Below, in pieces: positions 9,494 to 19,574 of a stretch of 34,621 nt of DNA. A program made the translations under genes and the position numbers. This DNA is from Halocafeteria seosinensis (lineage: Eukaryota), in the NCBI GenBank assembly GCA_001687465.1, contig LVLI01000179.1, positions 1 to 34,621 of the forward strand. The letters run 5' to 3'. Under the pieces are notes generated by a model. The model made no database searches, had not been told where the DNA came from, and worked only from the letters and a program-made list of their open reading frames with translations. The stretch's first letter is position 1. Every line of letters begins with the position of its first letter.

Positions 9494-12238
9494 TTAGCCT
9501 TTGACCGTGCGTTTGGGTCTTTGAGCAGGCAGTAAAATGCCCCCGTCAGTATGTTCCTTTGGTTTACCAGTAACCGAAGCGCTATTTGTTTCAGAGGCTG
9601 TCGGCATGGAGCTTCGTGTTGGAGTCAAGTTCGACGATGACGTTCCTGTCATAGTCGGAGAACTAGTGGTAGAAAATGAAGCCGAGCTAGTAGATGTCCG
9701 AGTTGGGCTGGCACTTGCAGTACTTGACGGTGTCTCCGATCTGGTGGCCGTCGACGTGAGACTGGAACTATGGGTTGGTGTTACAGTTGGCGTGGAGCTT
9801 GCCGTTCCAGTTGGAGTCCTCGTTTGGCTGTGCGACGACGATGACGAAAACGATGGAGTGGCGCTCGCAGAGGGAGTAAAGCTGCTTGAAGGAGTCTCCG
9901 ACCTTGTTGTTGTCGCTGATGGCGTCGACATGGGTGAAGGAGTAGGACTCGCTGGCACTTGGAAGCGTAGAATTGGCAGCAGATTCTCCTCGTCGTCGTC
10001 ACTTCCTCCTCCATGTAAAGCCCATACGTCCTCAGACCACCCTCCTAGTTGATACAGTTGTCCCTGTATTTCGCTTAAATCATCTGAATTGGCTGTCTCG
10101 ACGAAATTATTTCCATCATCCACTCCTACGATCGACGCTGCTCCTCCATTTCCATTGTATACCGAATATTTCACGTTTGCACCATACTGTATTCGTCCTA
10201 TAATCCCACCAGCATTCGTACCCGTGACTGAACCTGATGCATATGTATTTGTGATGTAGACATCTCCTGTAGGATGGTTTGGGTCCCCTCCTGTAATACC
10301 TCCTGCTTGTTTGCCACTAATATCTCCTCGTGTATAACAATCTATGATATGTACTTCACCCCCATGATCTGCTGTCAGATACCCACTAATCCCTCCACTA
10401 TTATCTGCAGATATTTGTCCCATACTATAACATTCCTTGATATAAACGAATCCATTGGTACGACCAGCATTGACACCCACAATACCACCACCGTCTGGAG
10501 CATTGATATCTCCTGTGGAATAAGAACGAGTTATATACACTTGACCATTCATATAACCAGCATCCCCTCCACAAATACCACCTGCCCCTCCTCCTCCCAT
10601 AGTCCCTGTGGAATAACAATCCGTGATATTGACAATCCCATGATTGTATCCTACTTGGTTCCCTGCAATACCACCTGCACCCGACAAAAAAAACCCTATC
10701 CTCCCTGTCGAATACGAATTCGATATCTTGATTTGACCATGATTATGACCACTTCGATAACCACATATACCACCACCTACCCTAACCTCGTAAACAATAT
10801 CTCCTGATGAACTACATGAGTCTACGATAAAGAATTTCTGCTCTCGTCGGACAATGAATCCACCCCTATATGCAGTTTTCCCATTCCTAACATCAAGATT
10901 CCGAATCAGCGGCGCTTGATCAAACGATCCAACACTACCCAGTATAGTAAACAATCCTTCGAAATCTGTTGTTCCGTTTAGATCTATAAAGTTCCCATGT
11001 TGCCGACCACCATCAAATATCTCATTCGCATCCAACGAGATGTAGTCTTGATTCGTATAGCCATGATTACCCCAAGCTAACACACTACAATTCATTTCAA
11101 ACTGGTTTTCATTCGCATTATAATGAAAGCAGGATTCAGTTCCATTGAGAATCGCAGGTCGTAAATCTGCTGCTGCTACTACCTCGTTCAAAAGGATGCA
11201 ACCGAAAAACAATGACGCCAACATAACCGTCGTGAAAGACGAAATATTACTACTCGCATTTTGTAGTCCGTACGCCCGAGACGCTTTTCCATGCTTCATT
11301 CTCATATCAGGGAATGGCAACGTCAGTGTCTCGATTGGAATTTTATATCGCCAGGGAGAAGCGTTTATCAAAGTGTTGTTGGTAGTTGCGGAAAATTCGT
11401 AATCTCCTGAAGTTGAGAACTTCCAACTCAATGCTTGCAAAACCGGGACGGATGCGATCAGCAGGCTCAATAAAACGAGAAGTGGTGTCTCCTTTAGGAC
11501 AGTCAAGGCGTGAAATCCAAGGTGTGTCATGTGATCACAAAAGCGAACTATTGGTCGGACACTAGGGAGTGGATTCATATCCCTCCTCACTATAGAGCTG
11601 GCAATCGTAAAAGCAGCACGTTCTCGTCCGCTCTTAACTAGCTTGTTCCACAGATGAATATAGTCGGTCGTTGGGTAATGAACTCTTGGATAAAGGTCCT
11701 TTCTGACTTGGAGATGTGCGTACGTCTCAGATGTTAGCAACCCATCGGAATGACCCATCAACGTCATGTCACTAGTACTCTTCCGCACCACGTTCATCGC
11801 TGGAACATTTTTCATTACAACTGGATCTTCGGGGAGAGTTATACTTAGACACTGCAACCTTCTTCCCGTATTTTCAAGTATGTAGTAGTCATACGATAAC
11901 ATCTTGTGGGTTCTTTCTCCTCGTGACAGCGCGCCAAACTGAACCGTCATCGGAAGCCAAGGGACATGGTTGCTACGAACCGAATAAGATGACGGCACGA
12001 TACGAACAGAGGAGGCAAAGTGACGCAACCTCTGACGAGCTCCATACACCCGGAAAGTATCACACTGAAAAGAGAATCCTACAGACACGCATGGCTCACT
12101 GGGTTTGGGACCGTCCGCTTGCTTTGGCTCCTTGTCAGATATCAAGCGAGGATGGAGAATAACGAAAGCAACCCCAATCAACGTCAGTGTCCATTGCAAG
12201 GTGAGCCAAGATGATATACGCTGTGTGGGCCGTGTCAT
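9494..12238 (-). CDS. GLUG-like repeat surface/secreted protein with Ser/Thr-rich stalk, paralog 1 (914 aa, intronless)
   Basis: Uninterrupted ORF with about 7 repeats of xGGIxG......G.V.I..xYSTG.I (~10190-10830), a mucin-like S/T/P tract (~9570-9955), three hydrophobic segments in the N-terminal third, and N-x-S/T sequons. The paralog at 30130-32928 differs only by in-frame indels. The start codon could be further in (e.g. Met at ~11305). Confidence 0.9.
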   Translation of the reverse strand: MTRPTQRISSWLTLQWTLTLIGVAFVILHPRLISDKEPKQADGPKPSEPCVSVGFSFQCDTFRVYGARQRLRHFASSVRIVPSSYSVRSNHVPWLPMTVQFGALSRGERTHKMLSYDYYILENTGRRLQCLSITLPEDPVVMKNVPAMNVVRKSTSDMTLMGHSDGLLTSETYAHLQVRKDLYPRVHYPTTDYIHLWNKLVKSGRERAAFTIASSIVRRDMNPLPSVRPIVRFCDHMTHLGFHALTVLKETPLLVLLSLLIASVPVLQALSWKFSTSGDYEFSATTNNTLINASPWRYKIPIETLTLPFPDMRMKHGKASRAYGLQNASSNISSFTTVMLASLFFGCILLNEVVAAADLRPAILNGTESCFHYNANENQFEMNCSVLAWGNHGYTNQDYISLDANEIFDGGRQHGNFIDLNGTTDFEGLFTILGSVGSFDQAPLIRNLDVRNGKTAYRGGFIVRREQKFFIVDSCSSSGDIVYEVRVGGGICGYRSGHNHGQIKISNSYSTGRIGFFLSGAGGIAGNQVGYNHGIVNITDCYSTGTMGGGGAGGICGGDAGYMNGQVYITRSYSTGDINAPDGGGIVGVNAGRTNGFVYIKECYSMGQISADNSGGISGYLTADHGGEVHIIDCYTRGDISGKQAGGITGGDPNHPTGDVYITNTYASGSVTGTNAGGIIGRIQYGANVKYSVYNGNGGAASIVGVDDGNNFVETANSDDLSEIQGQLYQLGGWSEDVWALHGGGSDDDEENLLPILRFQVPASPTPSPMSTPSATTTRSETPSSSFTPSASATPSFSSSSSHSQTRTPTGTASSTPTVTPTHSSSLTSTATRSETPSSTASASPTRTSTSSASFSTTSSPTMTGTSSSNLTPTRSSMPTASETNSASVTGKPKEHTDGGILLPAQRPKRTVKG

Positions 12239-12529
12239 GGTTACAGTACCAGTATTAGCCTGAGAAAAAGGCGATGAATCACGTGCTACTTTCCTTGCCC
12301 TTGTTCTTTCTGCCTCTAGCAGTAGAGTAGAGTGTAGTTGCTGTCCGACACCTTGGTATGGCTTCGGGAGAAAATCTCAGTTTAATTAACGAGCACCTGT
12401 TTTGGTCTCTGGTTTGTTCGTCAATACTGTACTCGACACAACTTCTGTATGTAGTACAATGTAGAAAGCGCTGTAGCGCACGAGCGGAAAACATCCGCAG
12501 CGGCTCGGGTCACCGGAAGCCCGACTTGT

Positions 12530-13990
12530 TCAGCAGAGTAGCAGATTTCCCCGACTGCGTTTCCTTAGGCCTTTGCGGTAAAAAAAGCCGTTTCTATGCA
12601 AATCTTGGTGGTGAACACCACTATGCTTGAGGGCCTTCACGCAAAGGTTGGAGGTAGACTCTTTACACACATTGGAATGATGAACTTGTACATCCACCGA
12701 AGTGTGGAATCCTTGGATTCTCGATGAAGAATTGAACAAAATCTTAAGGAACATATTCGTAGCCCATTCAAGGTTATGGATACACTGCTCTGTGTTCGTG
12801 GTATGCTGTTGTATAGCAGTACCTGCCAAACTCATACGTAGATGCAGGCAAAGCACTTGACTTTTAAGACACCACAGACTGTTGACAATTAGGGCACAAT
12901 TAAGGCCTTGCTTCTGCTTCTAATAACTCAAATAACCAAACTATAGATACGCAGGGCTAGCATTCCAGGAGAGTCGCCGCCGTGAATCTTTACGTCTCCC
13001 TGCGGAATTCCTCCCAGCCGTTCCTAGCTTCAGTACCTTGAACGCTGCTATATAGTGTATCAGAATCCTAATGTTCCAAATTCAGCATTCTGTCCCTAGC
13101 CTCCCTGACAAGACCCAACTTCCCTTGAAGTCTCCTATGACTTCCGCTCTCTTCAAGAAAGGATCCATCCATCGTGAGTTCGAAAGCGGAATGGCTTCAT
13201 CATACTCTTATATGGCGTCCAAAAATTTGTGTTGTTACCGCTTGATGGCCCCTTACCGGTAGCAACAACTACGTCTTCGCTTCTGCAAGAGCTCCCGAGC
13301 ACGAGTAAAGTACTGTTTCAGCTGGGGATACCTCAGCTAGCACTGATGCAGCCTCATTGCGGTTTACGAGTTCCTCAACTTGATCCAGTTTGCCCATACT
13401 CCGGTGATACCTTGGCCTCGCCGTACACTATGCTCTGCAATTTCACTTTGCACATTTTGTTGCTCAGATTGCTGGTATCAGTGGTAGGGGTTGCTCGATA
13501 CGTCGCTTGGAGCAAGGGTCGGGGTAGCCGTCGTCGTTGATATCTCGCGAAAGGCGCTCTGGTCAGCGTCAGTCCTGGTTGTCGTGCCTTCTTCAGAGCC
13601 TGGACTTTCGCTACTCCTCGCCCTCACGCACTCTAAATGGAACATTCTACAGGGTATCATTACCCCGTACTTCCAGTTTAACCAACAGCGCAATATTTGC
13701 TCCTTGGGATCCAAGCCGATTCCCCATGCGGCTCAATCCCTGATCACAAGGTATTAACTTTCAACAATCGGTAGAAAAACATATCCACGAGTCCTCTACA
13801 ACGGTGACGGAAGGCCGAAATTCAGAGACCCCACCTACTTCGTACCCCGCGTTTTCTTAGTGCAGTGGCGAACACATTGACATTCGGGTCTGTAATCGAT
13901 ATGGAGTTCCGAGCACTAGCATAATAGGGGCTTATTGCTGGAACAATGCATCATGAATCATGATAATCCAAGTATTTCCGCTTATGCAAA
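12530..13990 (-). pseudogene. Decayed TPR-containing gene remnant with a possible degenerate Cys/His finger
   Basis: KFLDAI*EYDEAIPLS...PFLKRAEV (~13140-13230) parallels EYDEAVRLS at ~19797-19825. 12944-13039 matches 19352-19480, and 13836-13990 matches 925-1072. CWLNWKYGVMIPCRMFHLECV (~13625-13687) is weakly RING-like. Confidence 0.45.
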
Positions 13991-14099
13991 TCGAACTGCC
14001 AATTCTCAACCGCCAAAAGGACGATTGCTTTCCTATCTTCGTTCTTAATATTCACATCAAACTGGAGGTCCTCATCTGTTAGAAGTTTGCCTGCTACCA

Positions 14100-15008
14100 C
14101 TACTGGTACTTTAAAAGATTGCCGCTTTGGATCAAACGAAATAGTAGTCGTCTACAGCATTGATTGAAGCCTGAACTTCCTGAATCGATGCAAATCTCCG
14201 ACCTTTGTCGCTTCCCGAGTGTAACTTCCCCCCCGCCTTGCAACTTCGTCCGGTAGACTGAGCCGGATTCACCTACAGCGATCAAACAGCTACCCGAGTT
14301 CTGGGTGGTCAGTCCCACTCCATCTTCCCAAATCAAATCACTTGACAAACACTTTGGGATAGAACTCATGTGTCCTTTGTGTGTAGACGGAGTGGGATCT
14401 GAGGGTGATGACGATGACGAACAAGAAGAGGGGAGACGCTTGAGGGATCCCGTGCCTTTTCCTGTACTGGATGAAGTTTTGCTGCTGCCTTTCGTTAAAG
14501 ACTTGCAATACACTGGTTCCTCATGGGGAACAGCGAATCTGCTGCAAGAATAACCGGGGCCGAGGTCGATGTGACATGACATGGATATTTTGGATGAGGC
14601 CGAAGATCTGGATGATCTTATTCCGAGTCTCCAAGGTCTGCGTTGTTGTTTCACATGCCACTTCGGGACAATCCGAGTCCAAGGACGACCATTTCCCATC
14701 GCGTTCCCACCTCCAGTTCGCAGTCGCAGCCATCTTGTCGCCCTTCGTATGATATGGAGCTCTAAGTCCTCTCTGTCCTCATGATACTGGAGGAAAACTT
14801 GGCACCGCACACAAGCTGACGGCGGGAGGCAGCTCAACCTATACTTCCCCGGGACTGCTTTTCCCACACGAGGGACGCTGCGTCGAGATAGCTGGTCTGT
14901 ACGTCGTGTATAAAAGCTGGTTGACCCGGCCCTGCTAGTGGAGCCTTCGTCATCGTCATCAGCGTCCACATCTGGTGTGCCCACAATAAGTCCACTTCTG
15001 CATACCAC
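14100..15008 (-). pseudogene. 302-codon ORF remnant ending in a kinase subdomain I-like segment
   Basis: CLIAVGESGSVYRTKLQGGGEV aligns with LIRQGGCGSIYRAKL at ~1800-1840. The rest of the kinase domain is missing, and the homolog at 1-390 has an in-frame stop at 307-309, so it is probably nonfunctional. Confidence 0.5.
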
Positions 15009-15209
15009 ATTCGATAGAATACCTGTACGGTAGACATTAATATGTACAGTCTAATAATAATAATGGAGTGTGGACAACGTTAGGAGCACACATATAAATA
15101 ACATCTGTATTTACTGGAAAGCTCCCAGTGCTCATAGCAGCCCTATAGGTCCAATATAGTAAAAACAGTGGGTGATAGAGTTGGAGGAGGCTTACGCTTC
15201 GCCATATAT

Positions 15210-17716
15210 ATGGTATTGTTTATCCAGGGCGTAGATCCAGCAGTGACAGCATTTATCGACGGAACGAATGACAGGGCTATTTCCTTTGGAGAACTACAGC
15301 AATCTATAAGGCGAGCCGCAAAAAATTTAGTCGCTGATGGTTTTCAGTCGGGAGACGTTCTTGCCATTCATCTGTCAAATTGTGTACGTAAAGCGTAGAG
15401 GTACCTTCATTCTTCCCCTGGTACTTCATGAAGTTGGCACTAGCAGCCGGAGTACGCGGTGGTGTTTCACGCTGTGGCCATGCTCGGAGGAAGTTGCACC
15501 ACTATCAATCCATTGGCATCATGTGAGTGACCTTAGTTCACCGCTTACCTTGTACGCTACACTGCTGTTCAAATGCAAAAGAATCCATGCTGTTACAGCA
15601 ATCGAGATCCGCAGACAGCTCCAGGACTCCCAAGCACGATTCATCATCACGTCAGCGCAGCTAAATGAAGCGATAGAGAAGAGTAACATTGAAGTAAGGG
15701 ATTACATAGCGGAAGCTGATTCCAGCGATATTTGTCCATTCATGAACAACTTCCGGCTCCAGCGAATCTACTTGTTAGGGTTTGGGGAATGTTTTGTCTC
15801 AAGGAAGAACGCGGAGTTGTCTGACCCAAAACTGCCTGACTTTGATCCTACTGAGAAAGTCGTTGCTCTTCCGTACTCAAGTGGTACAACTGGTATGCTT
15901 ACTCTTACACTTCTTGGCATTCGCTGGCCGAGCTTCAGGTCAATCAAGTAGTATTCCAGGGTTACCCAAAGGAACGATGCTGACTCACTACAACCTGACA
16001 AGTAGGTTCAGTAGGTTCACCCTTCTTCTTCCTCTACATGTGTTGTCATTGATGGCTTTCCCTCTATCATGATGCAGGCAATCTTGCACAGGTACGTACC
16101 TGACGTAGTTTGGAATCGTTCGCTCCCGAAGAAGCATCCTCATAACAAACAGACTTGCAACAATCCCGGATTCTCCATCGGATATCGCAAAGGGGACCGT
16201 GTGCTGGCGGTGTTACCATTCTTCCATATGTAAGCTGCGGCTCTCCGTGTTACACCGTGTATCAACCGTCCTAGTGTGAATGGCGGCCCTTGCAGATATG
16301 GGATGGTGGTGCTGATGAATGCTGCTCTCAGGAGAGAGTCAACTATTGTCACGCGTATGTTGCAAGAACTTGCTTTCAACCAAGGCTGGTCGCTGAGTAG
16401 TGGCATTCTTGCAGTTCCCCATTTTGAGCCGGAATCCTTCTTGGAAACACTCAGTCGGCATCGAATCACCACTGCCGCACTGGTACCGCCCATGGCCCGT
16501 TTCTTGGTAAGATATATTCCGTTGTAACTGAAATCTAATACATGCGGAACTCACTGCGCACAGGCGAAACACCCCATGGTCAACGACTACAACTTGGATA
16601 GCCTCAAAGAGCTCTTTTCGGCAGCTGCTCCATTGGACGCGCGAACTGAAGAGGCTGTACGCGCTGTCTGGACGAATATGGTTGAAATCAGCACATTAGG
16701 CATGACATCTTTCTTCCATTGTATACAGGTTGCAAAGCGCTTGCCACATGCGAGAGTGTCCCAAGGATACGGGCTGACGGAAACATCTCCAGTGACACAC
16801 TTTCCGCACGATGATTACCCGAGACGTGGATCCATTGGCTTTCTTGCCCCTAATTGCAAATGCAAAATCGTTGACGTAAGTAATTAACGTAGTACACTCT
16901 ACTTTGTACCCATATACGGGGAAAATGCCCCCCGGTTGCACAGCCCCCCACGGGACGACCTTTGCCTCACGGGAAAACCAACGTTGGAGAGCTTTGTATT
17001 CAAGGACCTAACGTGATGAAAGGGTACCTTAATAATAAAAGCGTACGTCGAAGAATCTTCTCGTGCCGTGAACGCTGGTTTAGGTGTTTTCCTCGACTGT
17101 CCAGGCCACCAATGAGAGTATTGACGAAGAGGGCTACCTGCGTACCGGGGATCTTGGATACGTGGACGTACATGGTCATTATTTCATAATAGACCGCATC
17201 AAGGTGTGTTTAAGTAATGCGCAAGTATGGCAAATATTTGGGATATCGTATGCAAAGAATTACGCCCCAGGAGCTCATCAAAGTAAAAGGCTACCAGGTA
17301 CCACCAGCGGAACTGGAAGGCGTCCTGATGGAGCATGATGGTATCGCCGATGCTGCGGTAATCGGTATTGAGGACGAACGAGCTGGACAGCTACCCAAGG
17401 CTTTTGTTGTACAGGTTGACCAGGTATGAATTCTCCATGTCCAACTTCTTCGCGCTCTATTCATTCCCTTTCTGGTACCACCAGGCCAACGTTTCAAGGG
17501 ATGACGTAAAACGCTTTGTCAGTGAACGAGTGGCAGAGTACAAGCAGGTGCGTACTCAAAGGATGGTTGGGAGCAAACGAGACCAACTAAGTAGAGCTTC
17601 GTTTGGTTTCAAACTTTGAACAGCTTAAGGAGGTAGAATTCACTAAAGAAATACCGAAGTCCTCAGCAGGGAAAGTACTCCGCCGGGTCCTTATGCAACA
17701 ACACCTAAACGCGTAA
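15210..17716 (+). CDS. 4-coumarate:CoA ligase-like / luciferase-like acyl-CoA synthetase (ANL superfamily), 16 exons, ~501 aa; 5' end uncertain
   Basis: Manually spliced exons: 15210-15383, 15447-15522, 15599-15693, 15763-15892, 15960-16001, 16078-16091, 16153-16229, 16296-16354, 16415-16506, 16564-16656, 16729-16875, 16944-17042, 17105-17203, 17271-17423, 17485-17547, 17624-17716. All 15 introns are GT-AG, 57-76 nt, and the frame stays open. Motifs: [82 protein letters not shown]. Ends in HLNA* with no PTS1. Confidence 0.95.
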
Positions 17717-18449
17717 CGGCGGACAATGTACATTCATTCGCGTAAAACAAGTAACTGAGACTACACTGTACAACACCTGATCTACGCCTCTCGACCCGTC
17801 CCCATCGTAGAAGCAAGCACGGGTGATACAGGAGTGTGTGTATTTGTATTGCTCCCGCAGGAACTTTCTCAAACTGGTACTCAAGAAGTAGGAATACCAT
17901 TCGTGAGTTCAGTTGTGACCCCGATAATCGGGCTAGATTGACCTGTACATTTGTGTGTGTGTGCATTGTCTTCATCGTCACTCACTGACACGTACAAGAC
18001 GTTCGTAACGCTAAACAAAGTTTCGTAGGATCTGAGTCATCGTGAACAAAAAATGGAAATGGTTTCCTGTATTGCGGATAGTCGATGATCGACTGTAGCT
18101 TATCCACTCATCAAACCACCTACATGTACGATGGTCGTCACCATCGTTCTTGAATACCGCATCATGTTAGCAAACTCCATCTTTACAGGCAGTCATAATT
18201 TAATTTTCTACTAGGATTGTCATTCTGGCGTGGATTTTCCAGCATGATATGCTAGTAAAATGAGTTACGCTTGGAATGGCACCTCCAATTCGAGGCTATC
18301 CACATTCCAGGACCTCTCTAGACGTTTAGAATCTCATGGGCTACCAGCTCGACTCGTTGTCAGATCAGTGCATCGTACGTGAAGGTCGAGACTCGAGTGC
18401 TTCCCACTAGGTGCGCGATTATGGAATCTTCCGTGTGTATATCACCCTG

Positions 18450-19340
18450 CCTGGGAGGGAAGACTCTCTTGGGAGGTATGAGCCCCGGAAATCCCTGTAT
18501 GCGAAACTAACGGGTGCCCTTGGCGGTGAGCAGTACTGGTACCCGAGGCCGTTGCGGTTGGCGAACTTCAGGCGAAGACGTAGTATACGTGGTAGCCGAG
18601 TTGGTAGATAGCCAATCGAAAATCTCTCTGTTTGATATAACACTCGCCTTCTCATACATGAGGCAGCGCCCAAGTACTAGCGAATAGCTACTCTCACTCA
18701 CCGATGCTACACACTATAAACGGTAAGTAGTTCGACGATCTTCCGGTCTGGTCGACCAACCCCGTTCTAACGGCTCCATGATTCCTTCTGGATATCATCC
18801 AGAAATAAATCCAATCCGGACTTACACCCTCCAGCTTCAGCTGCACAGTCTCAAAGACACCCTCGAAAGATTCTTAACATGATACGTATAGTGATTGCGA
18901 GAGACCAAATATCGGATTGTTTGGGGGCCTTATCCAAGGACAACAGTTTCACGAGCCATAAACACCCCATATTCCAGACGGTGTGCCTTCTCCTGCTTCA
19001 AGACAAGGTGATGTCCTCATGGTGTGCGTCGCACGAGCCAACCTGAAATCGCTGACCCAGAGAAAAGTAGCAAAGGCTGATATCACCGTAGCAAGTAAAG
19101 TGTGTTGAGGCAGATCTGAGTGAATCAGGCCTGCCAAATGCATATGCAAACGACGTCAGTTAACGCGAGTAGCTTTAAGACAATTACCCAATGCACATCG
19201 TTGTCAAACTTCGTTGCACTAAAGCGCGAGTCGTCTCCGAAATCTGAGTGATTGTGAGGCAGGAGCTCATTTCCGAGTTAATCTCTCACCAGTCCGACTG
19301 AATTGGCCTCGCTCACCACTACATACAAGGGCACAACATT
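18450..19340 (-). pseudogene. Protein kinase (TKL-like) plus TPR-like pseudogene remnant, copy B
   Basis: HMHLAGLIHSDLPQHTLL...WVSDFRLAR (subdomains VIb-VII, ORF 18949-19149), SDIWSLAIT at ~18890-18916, and subdomain XI near 18735-18770. Near-identical to 522-755 plus 1071-1725; subdomain I is deleted. Confidence 0.8.
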
Positions 19341-19574
19341 GGAATGAGTTATAGATACGCAGGGCTAGCATTCCAGGAGAGTCGCCGCCGGCAACCAGGG
19401 GCAGCGTCTGTAAGAACTGAAGCCAAACATTACGTCTCACTGCGGAATTCCTCCCCAGCCGTTCCTAGCTTCAGTACCTTTACCGTTCAACACGTAGGCA
19501 TTTTAACAAAAGAAGCGTTTGGCAGCAATGTCTGCTGACCAGATTGTGACTTGGGTCCAGTGCAACGGCTTTTT

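Larger units (their letters stand above)
1..12444 (+). repeat. Segmental duplication copy A (5' end outside window)
   Basis: Colinear matches to copy B: 1-511 with 14617-15102, 522-755 with 18453-18680, 1071-1725 with 18684-19340, and 2814-12444 with 21238-33115 (with indels). Similarity ends at tcaatactgtactc.acacaactt (~12444 / ~33115). Confidence 0.93.

Noticed and set aside
9537..10052. 171-aa plus-strand Val/Gly/Asp-rich ORF (also 30173-30664, 10274-10807, 30985-31452)
   Set aside because: Antisense shadows of the low-complexity Ser/Thr stalk and Gly-rich repeats of the real minus-strand genes.
10190..10830. Diversity-generating retroelement as the cause of the variable patches
   Set aside because: No template repeat or DGR-type RT in the window (the only RT is a dead copia), and the differences include indels and changes at all codon positions rather than adenine-restricted substitutions.
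14521..14733. WWE-domain-like peptide WRWERDGKWSSLD
   Set aside because: The diverged homolog at ~2250-2400 conserves a different reading frame, so the resemblance is likely chance.
15210..17716. Calling the gene a true 4CL or a luciferase
   Set aside because: The motifs are shared across this ANL subfamily; substrate cannot be inferred by eye, so no gene symbol is given.
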